A stretch of DNA of 64,000 nucleotides from Eledone cirrhosa (Eukaryota): contig OZ024742.1 of assembly GCA_964016885.1 (NCBI GenBank), forward strand, positions 52,018,001-52,082,000. Direction: 5' to 3'. The position numbers and the translations under genes are program-made. The notes under the pieces were generated by a model. That model had not been told where the DNA came from. It made no database searches and saw nothing but the letters and a program-made list of their open reading frames with translations. How positions within the stretch are numbered: position 1 is the stretch's first letter; each line of letters opens with the position of its first letter. This document shows positions 1 through 14,031 of this stretch, piece after piece.

Positions 1-234
1 TTTCCTTCCCCTCTTATTTCCACACACATCACACACACACATGTCTCTACACTGACACATATACATAGTGTTCACTTTGCCTCTCCCTCCCCTCTCACTC
101 CCCCAGTGGCCTTGTGCATATTAATTTAAGTTTGGCGTCGTTGAGGTGGGTCGAGTCGTTTGAAACCTATGAACCAATGATAATCGAGAATTATGACACA
201 CGGAATAATGACATTGTTGAAATTAATATATAGA
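1..234 (-). mobile_element. 5' end of a non-autonomous Helitron, running off the window; same family as 56727-57853
   Basis: Minus strand starts A|TCTATATATTAAT at 234. Bases ~120-234 closely match 57740-57853, which belongs to a copy with complete Helitron termini. Confidence 0.7.
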
Positions 235-235
235 T

Positions 236-1335
236 TACACTCTTTTCACATTGTACCAATAGCAATCAATTTCTCTGTAGAATAATCTTACTTTGGATCA
301 TAGTTGAAGGCTGATCTTTTCCAGGTCCCTTTGAATGTTGCTGCACTTTTCTCAAACGTATTTTGCCAATCTTGATCAAGACGCTTACATCTCTCCTCTG
401 ATGATTAGAGAAGTCCTACAGCAACTATTTGCTCCTCATTTTTTCTTTATCTAAACTCTCGCTGACCTATTGTCTCATTGCCAACTCTGGCACCTTGACT
501 TTGTCTTGCATCCTTTAAACATTTTCTCTTTCCTCTTTTGACTGTTGGATCCTTCGTGTTGCATTTTGTTGAGGTAATCGTTCTGACTGTTTTCCTTTAC
601 CTCTTGAGACTCATTGGGTCTGCGTACAGCAGCCATCCTTCGATTTTTTTCATGTCTTTGCTGTCGTTGTGCAGGGGATTCTAGTATCCTTGCTCTCGGT
701 ACCTCTACTTGCATTTGCTGCACTGTAGAATACTGTTCTTCTGCATGGCACCCTCTCTTCTTGCCTCGTTAGCAACGTCTGAAGAGCTTGGGGAGAGTGA
801 GACCATTTTTCTCCTCGGCATCTCTTTGAAAAATTGAAATATGGATTAAATGAAAGTTACATGAATACCTTCACCGGGGGGATATAAATCAATGGCGATT
901 GTGGAACGTCAACGTATCAGAGTAAGACACGCACACACATACACAAACACACACACACACATGCACACATACACACACACACTCACACACACGTAAGCAA
1001 ACGCAACGACTCTCTTTGTCATTGTCAAACATTTAGAAGTATAAATTCGCGTTCGTTTCTTTTGGAATTACGAAGGCATTTTTCCTGATAGAGAGAGGGA
1101 AAGCGAGAGAGAAGAGGGAGACAAGTAACTCTCTTTCTCTTTTTCTGCCATTACTTACTCTCCTCTCTTACTTCACTTTCATGATCACTGCTACAATAGC
1201 AAAACGTTGTTTATCACACACACACGCACGTACTATCACTTACACAACATACACATACAGCATCTTTCTCTCCCGCTATCTCCCTCTCTTTGTGTGGACA
1301 CTCTTTCAATTTGCTCTACTCCGATACAAACCTGT

Positions 1336-1378
<43 letters not shown>

Positions 1379-1777
1379 ATATTTCTCTCTCTCTCTCTCT
1401 CGTTCTCATTCTGTGTTTCTCTCTCTCACACACACACATTCTCTCACACCCTCTGTAAGTCTTCGACTCTTTTAGTCTCTATGTCTCTTTCTCTCACACT
1501 CACCCTTTCAAACTCATTCCACACTCAATTATACACTCTATCCTACTATTTACATTTTTCTCTCTATCGAAATGCTTCAAAGAGACACCGAAGTTGTAAT
1601 GAAAAAGGAGGAGTGGAGGAGATGTAAGCAGCCACTTTATCATTTTGCCTTTCTGTCTCTTTCTCCCCTTCTCATTCACTCATTGGCATTGTTCAATAGA
1701 CATACATACACAGATATCCGCAAATATCATATAGACTTCTACACACAAAAAATGTGTGTGTGTGGGGGGGGGGGGGG

Positions 1778-1832
<55 letters not shown>

Positions 1833-2425
1833 TGCGTGTGCGTGTGCCTATGTATATAAACAAACTCTTCGCTGGCAGAATGAGTGTATATATATATATA
1901 TATAATTACATATTCTTATATATACAAACATATTGAATATATTACTTACTTTCGAATCGTTATATACACCTGTATTTACAATTGGATTAATATCTTTGTT
2001 ATTTTATATATTTGTGTGTATAAATATAAACCCACAAACACCGATGAACTCACACAAATACACACGCATACACACATGCACTCAAACAAATACACACATA
2101 TGCATTCCCACAAACACAGACATACATTCACACAAGCACACACAGACATACGCTCACGCAGAGCGTGGAAAAGTTTGGAAGTCTATTGGCTGTTTTTTGC
2201 CGTAGTTTTTTCACCATCCCCCTTCCTACCTTTTACACACACATACACACATATACTCACGCAGAACTTTGTGTAAAAGTTGAAACGCTGTTTGGTATTT
2301 TTTTCGCCGTAGAAGTTTCACCAACCCCTTTCTTTCGTTTTAACTTATTCATCGTTTTAACTCATTCACGAGTGAACTGACAGACGACACACGGACGGAC
2401 GACATTCGACTTATATTTATATAGA
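236..2425 (-). mobile_element. 5' portion of a decayed Helitron with a remnant of the RepHel N-terminus
   Basis: Minus strand starts A|TCTATATAAATATAAG at 2425. Minus strand 237-830 encodes an R/E/Q-rich stretch followed by WKRSAFNYDPK*DYSTEKLIAIGTM*KEC, resembling the AFxYDP..IG.M...C region of animal Helitron proteins. Confidence 0.6.
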
Positions 2426-2650
2426 TATATACAAAAACTTGATTTGTAAGCTGAAACACATCCTTAAGTTCTATCCAAATCCACCATTAGCCAAACGCGT
2501 CTTTGGCAGCATTTCTCGTGACTTGCTCGCCAGTGAAGACAGTTCTACGATGGTAGTACCAGTGTATATAAATCTACACACACAGTCACATAGACGCACA
2601 TACACACATATATATATACACACACATATGTTTATATATATATATATATT

Positions 2651-3177
2651 TAAAAAATAGAGAGGTGACACGCGAGTTGTGATATATTAGTAAAAAGGAA
2701 AAGAAAATGCTGACAATTTTTTCCCAGTGAAAAATAGTTTAATTAGGAATAAGTATAAATTAGTAATAAGTATAGTTAGTATTCAGTTTTAATTTTAAGT
2801 TTTTACCGGTTGCGCATTTCTAATGCATTTCAAAAATAATTTTGAGATCGAGCACTCGTGATTTTTGCTCTAATGTGATCAGTTTTGGAAATTCTTCCTG
2901 TTTTATGTGAAAAAAGTACCTCCAGAGGTATTACGATTTGGTTGGTTGTTGAATGTCACGTGAATAAGCACTATAAATTTCGCGCCAATTCGTGTTGCAA
3001 AAATTCTTGTAGTCAAAACAATTTTGATTGGTCGGTAGAAGTCACGTGAATGTTAAAATAGATTTTAGCGCGACCTGGTTTCGCGTCAAATGTAGGTTTG
3101 TCGAAGAGTGTCCTTTTCCGCTTGATTGAGTTGCAGTCATGGTGAGAAGTCACTGAAAAAAATGTCTATTAAGACAA

Positions 3178-3227
<50 letters not shown>

Positions 3228-6200
3228 TAAAGTGGTTCATTATTGTGATAATGGTCAGTAGGGATGTGTGTGTACATGTGTGTGTACATGTTGAGAGGTC
3301 AACAGTTCAGGTGTCTATTAAGACAAATATGTGTGTGTGTGTGTGTGTGTGTAGCAGAGTGGTTCATTGTTGTGATAATAGGAATGAATCGGTCAGTAGG
3401 AAGATGTGCGTACGTGTGTGGGGGTGGGGGTATTTTAACATGTTGAAACATATTTTTCAGCTCTTGTCTTATACGGAGAAGTGTGTGTGTGTATATGTCT
3501 GTCTGTATGTTACTGTACGCGCGTATGTGTATGTGTGTGTGTGGTTGGACCAGTATGTTTGTGGTACTCATGAAAATGGCGCACATTATTCGATATTTTC
3601 AGTCATTTGCAAACACGATTCTCTCAAAAGAATATCAATAATACAAGAGGTGAAATGATGTATAGTATTGTCATAACCCCAAGGTGAGTGTGAGTGTCCA
3701 GATTGTACGTACTGCAAGGGGAATCCATTAGGCCCTGCCGTATGGGATACTTGTGTACAAATATGTATGTGCCCATCAATGTGCAGAACATGTGTGCGTA
3801 TGTGTATGTATGCGTGTCGGCACGTGTATGTCTATAAACATCGAAAGGTGTGCGAATTTGTGTATATTTGTGTTGCACCATATAACATGTGTGTTTACGT
3901 ATGTTATTGTGTTTATATTTGGATAGAAATGTATGTAGGAGGTATGCTGATGTAGGTATGTATGTTGACGTGTGTATGTTGTGGGTTCGTCTTAGGGAGA
4001 AGTGTTTAGACGGGGTCCGTATTTGTTAATAAAGTGAGATTCCTTGCTGGTGCGCTGGGTGTGGGTGGCATTATCTTTAAATTTGTAGAGTAGAAAGATT
4101 CTAAAGTTGGGATGATTTTGGGCGGCACAGGTATCAATGTGTTCATTCAGTGGTATTTTTCTGTATTCCCGTATTTTGATTTGGGATCTATGGACAGTCA
4201 TGCGTTGGCAGAGTCTGTTTTTAGTCTCGCCTATGTATTGTTCTCGACAACCTGAGCAAGTTAATACATATATTAGGTTTTCTGATGTGCATGTGAAATT
4301 GATTTTTACTATAAAACGTTGTCCTTGTCTGAAATAGAATTCGAAACCCTCTATTAGGTTGATGCATATGTCACATTTGGATCTATCGAATTTTTTTACT
4401 GTAGGTTTCGTTGTTGTGGGTGGCAGTACTTTGGCATGGGTTAGGATGTTTTTCATTGACTTAGATTGTCTTTTGCGCTTTATGATATTGTGTGTTCGAA
4501 GGATTTGGTTCATTCTATGGTCCTTTTTTAACACAGGGATGTCCTGGAGGATGGTGTCAAACGCCTCATTGTTGAGGGGGTTGTGTGTGGAGATGTATGG
4601 AAGAGCTTTTAGTTTCGGTTGATTTACTTTAGGGTGTCTAAGGTCCTGGGTACTGAGTTTTAGTGCACGTTTGATTCCATCGTCAATTAGTGATGCAGAT
4701 TAGTCCCTGCTTATGAGTGTGTCCTTTAGTTCTTGTAGCCGTACGTAACAGGTGTTTTTATTGGAGACTATAGTACAGATTCTCTTGGCTAATTTGTAGG
4801 GAATATTAATTTTAACGGGTCTAGGGTGGCATGAATTGAAAGGGAGGTATTGCTTGGAGTCTGTGGGCTTGTAGTATATGTCTGTTTCTATTTTTTTGTT
4901 ATGGATCTTAATGAGGATGTCGAGGGAGGGGAGTTGTTGATGGCTGTATTCCATCGTAAAGTTAATATTCGTGTTGAGCCAATTTATATGGGTGTGAAAT
5001 TCTTTAATTTTCTCGATGTTTTCGTGCCAAAGGATGATATCTCTTCCAGTTCTTTTCTATGTGTAAGTGGAGAGTATTTCCAAATTTGTTTAGTACGTTA
5101 GTGTAGAGGGTGAGTTCCAGGTATCCATTGACTAGGTTGGCATAAGTGGGGGCGGTCTTCGTTCCCATAGCGGTCCCAGATTTCTGCCTGTAAAATTTGT
5201 TATTGAAAACGAAGTAATTATTCTCCAAGACAAACTTGAGTCCTTCTATCACGAATTCTTTTTTGATGCGTTGTGGGAGTTCATTGTGTTAATTATTCAG
5301 CCAGAATTTGATAGCTTCTATTCCTAGGTTGTGGGGGATATTGGAGTATAGGTTGACTACATCGAACGTCACTAGTAGGGTTTGTTCAGTAACGGGTATA
5401 TTAGGGGGGTGGTTGAGCATATCTAGGTCGTCCCTTATATAGCTTTTAATGTGTTTGAGAAAAGGCTTGGGAAGGGTATCAATGAAGTTGCTAAGGCGGT
5501 GGGTTTCGCAAGTGGGGCCTGCTATTATAGGTCTTAATTTGAGATCATTGGGTGAGGGGACATTGATGACTATGTCTGTGGCTTCCTTGCATGCCTTACC
5601 TATTAATTCGCTTTTATGTACTTTAGAGATACCGTAGAAAAGGCTGGATTTACTTGTGAAGTCTGTGATGAAGCTGAATTCCTTGTTAGTGAGTCCTTCT
5701 TTATATTGGTTGATCAGAGTTTTTAGGTTTCTCATAATTTTCTGTTGATTGTAGTGTTCAGACTTTTCGTAGTATGTTTCGTTTTCCAAAGTGGAGAGCG
5801 CTAAGTTGATATAGAATTGTGTCTCCGTTAGGACTACTGCACCCCCTTTATCAGCCTCTTTAACTGTAATAGTTCTGTCGGTTTTTAATCTATTTAATTC
5901 TTCCCATTCTTTCTTGTTGAGGTCTGGCTTGTGTTTTTGTCTGTGCAAGTGTTGGCAAGGGAAGTCTGTGATGTGTTCACAGAATTCGTCTAGGGTTTTA
6001 TTTCTACCTTTTGATGGGGTGTATTTGCTTCTATTTCTGGCTAATGATTCATCCTCATTGTACTGGTCGAATAGTTCTTTACTGAGTTGTAACTTTCTAC
6101 AGAATTCTGTGGTGTCCTTCCTTTCATAGTAATTAGGACGTAGCGGGGTGGGTGTGAATTTAAGACCTTTGGTGAGTTAGTTGATGAGGTTGGGAGTTGG

Positions 6201-6821
6201 TTCTGCACTATTTAGATTGATAATTTTTATTACTCTCGGTTTCTCCTTCTGTCTTGTGTTATTTTGTTTGCCTATATCTGTGTGCTGTGTCTAAAAAATG
6301 GTTGGGGTAGAGGGGTTGTCTGCTGATGTTAAGTGGACCCCTGTGTTTGTCATATTCCTTGTTGTTGTAAAATGTGGTTCGGGTTCGTGGTTGTGGATTG
6401 AATGTTGTGATCCTGTATTGCGAGTATTGATGTGTGTTTCTATGTGCCATGTTGGATTGTGGTGTTATAGGTGGCCTACGTTGTTGGTTGTATCGTGTGG
6501 TGTTGGTTTGCTGTGTATTGTGGGAGCGAGAGTTGAGAAAATGGAAATTACCTTGTGGCGGGGAAGTTGTTACATCTATCATGGTAGTGGTATATTTTCC
6601 CTATGTTTGACGATGAGGCATCCGCGTAGTGGTTGAGTGATTTGGTATGGTATCTCCTTGAAGGGGGAAAGTTGTAAATGTTATTCTGGGGGTGATGATT
6701 TCAGAGAATCGTTTTTGCAAATGACTGAAAATATCGAATGATGTACGCCACTTTTACCAGTACCACAACAATATTGGTCCATCCACACACACGCGCACGC
6801 GTACATTAACATACAGACCGT

Positions 6822-6858
<37 letters not shown>

Positions 6859-7009
6859 TTCTCCATATAAAACAAGAGCTGAAAAATATGTTTCAACATG
6901 TTAAAATACCCCCCCCCCCACACACACACTTACACACACACACCACACACGTACACACACATTCCTACTGACCGATTCATTCCCATTATCACAACAATGA
7001 ACCACTCTG

Positions 7010-7047
<38 letters not shown>

Positions 7048-7152
7048 TTGTCTTAATAGACACTTAAACTTTTGACGTCTCAACATGACAGCAACTCACA
7101 CATGTACACACACATCCCTACTGACCATTCTCACAACAATGAACCACTTTAC

Positions 7153-7211
<59 letters not shown>

Positions 7212-7702
7212 TTGTCTCAATAGACATATTTTTCAGTGACTTCTCAACATGACTGCAACTCAATCAAGCGGAAAAGGACACTCTTCGACAAACCTACATT
7301 TGGCGCGAAACCAGTTCGCGCTAAAATCAATTTTAACATTCACGTGACTTCTACCGAACAATCAAAATTGTTTTGACTACAAGAATTTTTGCAACACGAA
7401 TTGCCGCAAAATGTATAGTGCTTATTGACGTGACATTCAACAACCAACCAAATCTTAATACCTCTGGAGCCATTTTTTTCACATAAAACAGGAATAATTT
7501 TCAAAACTGATCAGATTAGCTCAAAATTCACGACAACTCTATCTCAAAATTACTTTTGAAAAGCATAAGAAATGAGCAACCGGTAAAAACTTAAAACTAA
7601 AACTGAATACTAACTAATACTTATTACTAATTTATACTTATTCCTAATTAAACTATTTTTCACTGGAAAAAAATTGTCAGCATTTTCTTTTCCTTTTTAC
7701 TA

Positions 7703-7707
<5 letters not shown>
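2651..7707 (-). mobile_element. Penelope-like retroelement (Neptune-type architecture) with an inverted pseudo-LTR, flanked by (TA)n
   Basis: RT and GIY-YIG remnants lie at 3992-6600. About 2684-3624 is an inverted copy of about 6702-7707. Both outer ends abut TA repeats. Confidence 0.85.
3992..6600 (-). pseudogene. Frameshifted Penelope-like RT and GIY-YIG endonuclease ORF
   Basis: Motifs in order: KGLKFTPTP, KEADKGGAVV, LRPIIAG, FDVVNLYSNI, GTAMGT..APTYANL, LPSLDI..YYKPTD, then CDIC...CTSENLIYVLTCSGCREQYIGET. There are stops and frameshifts, and the YxDD motif is deleted (WKRY|HP). Confidence 0.9.
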
Positions 7708-7785
<78 letters not shown>

Positions 7786-8772
7786 TGTGTGTGTGTGTAT
7801 AGCTGACACATTTTCCGTGACAATTCTTCCCTGATTTGATCGTCAGCAAAGAAAATTCTAGAGATACTGCCGAGGTATCTAAACCTACATATATAAATAA
7901 ACATAGACACTCGCGGCGGCCATAATAGTAAAAGAGTAGAGGCAGAGGAATGAGATATTCATGTTATCTCACTTTCATTCAAAATTATATACACAGTACA
8001 GCATCCATAGAAATGTTGTCATATTTTGTTTTATAAGACTTATCTCTCATTTAGCTAATTTAATATGTATGTCCTGATATATCTGGTGTATATATAAAAA
8101 CTTTCCCGACATATTCTATGACTATCACTATAGAAATGAATATGTATGATCGTAATGCGTTGCAATGATAGTGGCATGCGCCTGTGTATGTTCACGTGTA
8201 TGCAGAGGGAGACGTATGTATGAAAGTTAGTGTATGTATATGTGCGTGTATGTCAGTGTAGGTTTTTTCTCTGTTTTTACTTGGTTTTGTGTGTTATTTT
8301 GTTGTAACAAACATAATTAAACCTCAAGAGTTCTTAAATTAAAAGTCTAACACGTAATTGAGACATTCTTTTCATAGAAAAACATACATATATAATGATA
8401 TTTGAAAACATAAATGTGTAAAAAAATCATAATTATAAAATATATAAATATAAAAATTGAAGAATATTGAAGTACTTTTAGAAATACCTAATTAAATCAT
8501 ATATCACAGGTTTTAGAATATATACATTACTTAGAGTTTTCAAACACTTTAGCCTCTTTCAGCGCCACTGTAAGACAGGAGCAGACATCTCTAAAGAAGT
8601 ATATTGGATTCCATTCAAAAACAAAATCATTCCAATATTTATTAACTGTGCCGCTAATATTTATCTTTCCACCTATCTATCTAATAACACACACACACTC
8701 CCTCTCACACACACACTCTCTCACACGCATACAGAAACACACACGCATATAGGTTTTTATATATATATATAT

Positions 8773-10153
8773 ATAACTAGAAATTGATTAACATATATAT
8801 AAACATGAATAATCACAGGAGATAATTTTTACAAGCGTATAACCACGCATAGCTAGGTAGGTAACAAATAAAGTTGACTAGAACTTCAAAAATAGATACC
8901 TTTTAATATGATTAATCTTCGCTGTATATATTCCATTAAAGAAATATATTTCACCAGTTAATCAGATGGTATGTTACGGAAGTGGATATTTTTGGATTAT
9001 CAACAAGGAAGAAAAATTTATAGCAATCCATGCTTACACAGCGAGTTCAAATCTGCAACTGGCCGCTACCGCGTGTTGTGTTTACACACCACAGCGGCTT
9101 CGTCTCAGTGGCGTGAATAGGTATTCGACAACTAGAAACAGCAGTCGATTCCTTTCAACAGAGTTAGCTCTACAATTAAGGAGCCGTATTTATATATCTA
9201 TATCCAAAATTAAGATAAATTAAATGAATTTAATCCAAATCAAAATTATGGGTGTCATGCCATAACGGCGTGCGCCATATCGCCCGGAAAATAAGCTCAA
9301 ACATTCTATCGAGTAGGTCCGAGCATTTTATAATAACTAGAAATTGATTAACATATATATAAACATGAATAATCACAGGAGATAATTTTTACAAGCGTGT
9401 AACCACGCATAGCTAGGTAGGTAACAAATAAAGTTGACCAGAACTTCAAAAATAGATACCTTTTAATATGATTAATCTTCCCTGTATATATTCCATTAAA
9501 GAAATATATTTTACCAATTAATCGGATGGTAAGTCACGGAAGTGGATATTTTTGATTTGGATTAAATTCATTTAATTTATCTTAATTTTGGATATAGATA
9601 TATAAATACGGCTCCTTAATTGTAGAGCTAACTCTGTTGAAAGGAATTGACTGCTGTTTCTAGTTGTCGAATACCTATTCACTTCACTGGGACGAAGCCG
9701 CTGTGGTGTGTAAACACAACACGCAGTAGCGGCCAGTTGCAGATTTGAACTCGCTGTGTAAGCATGGATTGCTGGAAATTTTTCTTCCTTGTTGATAATC
9801 CAAAAATATCCCCTTCCGTGACTTACCATCTGATTAATTGGTGAAATATATTTATTTAATGGAATATATACAGGGAAGATTAATCATATTAAAAGGTATC
9901 TATTTTTGAAGTTCTAGTCAACTTTATTTGTTACCTACCTAGCTATGCGTGGTTATACGCTTGTAAAAATTATCTCCTGTGATTATTCATGTTTATATAT
10001 ATGTTAATCAATTTCTAGTTATTATAAAATGCTTGGACCTACTCGATAGAATCTTTGAGCTTATTTTCCGGGCGATATGGCGCACGCCGTTATGGCATGA
10101 CACCCATAATTTTGATTTGGATTAAATTCATTTAATTTATCTTAATTTTGGAT
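8773..10153. repeat. Fold-back insertion of a ~558-bp non-coding unit; each arm is longer than one unit
   Basis: 8773-8995 recurs directly at 9331-9552. 9553-10153 is the reverse complement, running through the unit junction. Both ends are in (TA)n. Confidence 0.9.
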
Positions 10154-10169
10154 ATATATATATATATAT

Positions 10170-10345
10170 ATACGATCTTGCGTCCGATTAACATAATATT
10201 CTGTTCGTTTATACCATCAGCATTATTAATGCCATTAACATTATCCTCGTCATAAAACTCATCATTATAAAATGGCATAAATTTAGTAGAATGACAGAAC
10301 AAAGCACGGCTAGAGCGCGCTTGTGCTATTTGTTCTTGCATCCTG
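10170..10345 (-). pseudogene. Possible Helitron RepHel N-terminal remnant
   Basis: QEQIAQARSSR...FMPFYNDEFYD...IMLIGRKIV loosely resembles the region at 237-830. Confidence 0.3.
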
Positions 10346-10497
10346 CGCTCTCAAATTTTAAATCCTACTTAAATCAAGTTTGCTTTTCATCATTCCGAGG
10401 TCGATATTAAAAGTACTAGTATAGTACTGAGATCAAATCATCTACTATATCTCTCCTCTGATTCACCACTCCTCTCTTTCTCTCATTCTCTCTCTCT

Positions 10498-10601
<104 letters not shown>

Positions 10602-10687
10602 AAAGTTATATTTAAATTGTTGGGTTAACAACGAGTAAATATTTATAACTGATATAAAAGCACTCAACAAATATTTGGAGTATATTT

Positions 10688-10744
10688 ATGATATTAAATA
10701 AATGGAAACTATGGTTTTATAAATATAGTTTCCATTTATTTAAT

Positions 10745-10750
<6 letters not shown>
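10688..10750. repeat. Small palindrome with 25-bp arms abutting (TA)n
   Basis: atgatattaaataaatggaaactat ... atagtttccatttatttaatatcat. Confidence 0.85.
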
Positions 10751-10781
<31 letters not shown>

Positions 10782-10879
10782 TACACTCTCTTTTCCGCTC
10801 GTCCTCACTACTTACTTGAGAAGAAATCGGCTGTGATGGGCCGTAATGTAGACACAAGCCTATTACATTTGAGAGACGC

Positions 10880-11060
10880 ATAAAGTTCATTAAATGAATC
10901 CCAGTACGTGGTGATTGTTTAATTTAATCGACTTCGGAATGATGAAAGGTAAAGTTGACATCAGCAGGGTTTGAACTGAGGATGTAAAAAGCAAGAAAAA
11001 AATACCACAATTACATATAATCCGACGCTCAACAATAGAAGCAAACCTTCACCCTTCGTC
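10880..11060 (-). mobile_element. Degenerate tRNA-derived SINE
   Basis: Reverse complement of the B-box (gtttgaactg) and of the ctttcatc...gtcgattaaa central motif shared with 19043-19232. Confidence 0.55.
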
Positions 11061-12757
11061 GGGCTAAATGTGACAGAAATAATACAATAACTTTCAAATG
11101 TTCTCACTCAGTGGTTATATCTTTTTGAACATACCACGATAGTTAAACTAGTTATACTCATTCTCTGCGGGAAACGAATATATTTTTTTCATAATACGTT
11201 AACAGATTTTTAGAATATTTTCTTGTTTGTTATAGTGTTCATTTTTTTTAATCAATGCAATAGAAAAATACTGTTACCAGATAAGAAATACATACTTAGT
11301 ATTTCTAAATATAATTCAGCAATAGAAATGTAACTTACTTAGAACTGTTTTAGGATCAGACAGGATGGAATATGTGAGCAAATCGCATATTTTTTGTAAG
11401 AGATAAAGAATAACAGTTACTTACAATCTGCTGTTTAATGATTGGTTTATCTTTGTTTTTCCTGGGAAAGTAGATACCAGTTTGAATGTTTGGAATTCAT
11501 TTGTAAGTAAATTTCACTCAAAATTGTTGAAGGCTGAGCCAATTACGAGTTCAAGAGGTCAGGACTATAATGGTAACGCTGTTAACAATCGTTTCTGTAT
11601 AGTGTTTATAATATTGATTACATTGGCAGTGGTTTTACTGGTGATAACAAAGATGGTGGTAGGGATAAAAGATATCAACTAAGTAGTGAGAAAAGTCTAC
11701 AAGTATAGAAATAACATGTTTTACAAATAGAAATGCAGCTCTATGTATCTATATCATAAAAAAAGTTTCCAGACTTATTACACTTGAGAATATTTCCTTT
11801 GAAGTCGAGTAAAAATCAAAACTGCTAATAGTGTATTTTAAAAAAATAGTTGCAAGCAACATATCACGAAAGCTTGTAAATAAAATGGAATGCTTTCCTA
11901 GTAAGTGGAGTATAAAAATATAACTTCTCACTATATAAATAAGTCATTTCCATAGATCCAGGCAGGCTGTTAAGACTTGAATTTTTTGTTAAAGATATAT
12001 TTAAAATATTTAAAAAAATAGAAACGAAACATAAATGAACAAACGAAATCTCAATCAAAACAAAATACAGATATAGTTGATGTGAACATGGACATATGAG
12101 GAATAAGCTGTGTGGTTTATATAAGTGTAAGTGCTTTTGAGATGTTGGAAAATGTTCTACTTCTCAGACACACACAAAGTCATATATATATATGTGTGTG
12201 CGTGTGTGTATGTGTGTATACATATATATATGTATATATGCATTTATTTATGTATATTCATATAGATATATTATAGATATTTTATATAAATATATCTCTA
12301 CCCTTCATTTTTCTCCATTCCCCTTTTGTTATCTTATTACTCTCTCCTTCTGTTTCTCTTTTTCTCCTCTTCACCTTTTCACTTTTATTATTTCTCCTTT
12401 ATTCAACACGTTTCCTGTACCCAGCCCTGTTGATTAGTTATCTTTAATTAGAAATTTACAATTATTCATTTGTGTGATCTTTAAATAGAAATTTACTGCT
12501 CTTCATTTACCTACTCCCGTTCCCTATCCACCATACTGAAAACAAATAATAGGTGTCTATAAAAGGGACATGAGACATTTTTCAACAATTTAGACGCATG
12601 TAAACTCACATATTTGCGGTGATGCCGAAGAAGAGTCGGGCTTCGTTCGCCTTGATCACATCCTAGTTGATTGATATTGAAACAATTGTAATATGCAAAT
12701 AAACTTTCTACACAAGCTGCAAATCTGATTTCAATTACTTTCACTATATATATATAT

Positions 12758-13975
12758 AGTATAAAAGAGAAAACACAGGTAAGCATTAAGAGAAGGATTT
12801 TATCCAGGTATTTACGACCGTTTCATTGGTAAGTACAACCTTATATTGCTATACTGCAAATAGCAGCCACTCAATTATAATTGTTGTTCACAGTCCAAAT
12901 TTTCAAAATAGTGAGTAAGTTACTCTTGAAATAATTCTTAATATATAGAGAAAAACATTTATTTGGAATTGTATTTACTAGTATATAGAGAGAGGAATCA
13001 GAAAATGAGGGGACAAACGGAATAGTATAGATAGAGAGGAAGGGGGAGAGGTAGGAAGTAGAGTGACAAACTGAGATGGTGGGAGGGGTCGAGGTGGAAG
13101 GATTCCTTGGTCAGTTTTGATATCAGACTTCATGTCGTGGAATGTAGTGAGTTAAAGAGAATTAAATTGACCATAGTGGGAGAGATGGATAGAGAGGGAG
13201 AGAGAGAGAGAGAGAGGGGGATATAAAGTGATAAATAAATATATATATATATAAAAAATAAAGATAAAGATAATAATGACAAAAATAAAAGTAAAGAAGG
13301 GGTGAGAAAGAAGAAAAGAAAAGATAGCCAAGAAGGGGAGGGAAGGAAGGAAGAAAACGAAGAAATAGAGGAGGAATGTCGGAGTAGAGGGGGATATAGG
13401 TATTGGTTTTGTGGATAATTAAAAGGGTTTAGATACAACAAGAGGGTATAAAGTCTACGTATATGCAGTTTGTCAGTTGGTAGTAAGAGGTTAAGGGTTC
13501 GATTTGTATTGCGAAAACTTCTCTTTGAGTCTATGGTTACAATAAATTGATCTTTCGATTTTATTGTTGAGTAACTTATTCTTCGAACTCAAGAGTGGTA
13601 CGAGAAGCTGTCGATTATGCGACCTTGAGCTGTTCAACATCTTGAGTTCGAAGAATAAGTTACTCAACAATAAAATCGAAAGATCAATTTATTGTAACCA
13701 TAGACTCAAAGAGAAGTTTTCGCACTACAAATCGAACCCTTAACCTCTTACTACCAACTGAGAAACTGCATATACTTAGACTTTATACCCTCTTGTATCT
13801 AAACCCTTTTAATTACCCACAAAACCAATACCTATATCCCCCTCTTCTCCCTCATTCCTCCTCTATTTCTTCGTTTTCTTCCTTCCTTCCCCCCCCCCCC
13901 TTCTTGGCTATCTTTTCTTTTCTTCTTTCTCACCCCCTTCTTTGCTTTTATTTTTGTCATTATTATCTTTATCTT

Positions 13976-14031
<56 letters not shown>

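Noticed and set aside
8966-9829. Duplicated 85-aa ORFs on opposite strands
   Set aside because: They follow from the fold-back repeat, show no recognisable domain, and do not indicate coding selection.
9825-9862. ctgatta...gaaa tata tt as a hammerhead in the 558-bp unit
   Set aside because: G8 is absent and stems I and II do not pair in register.
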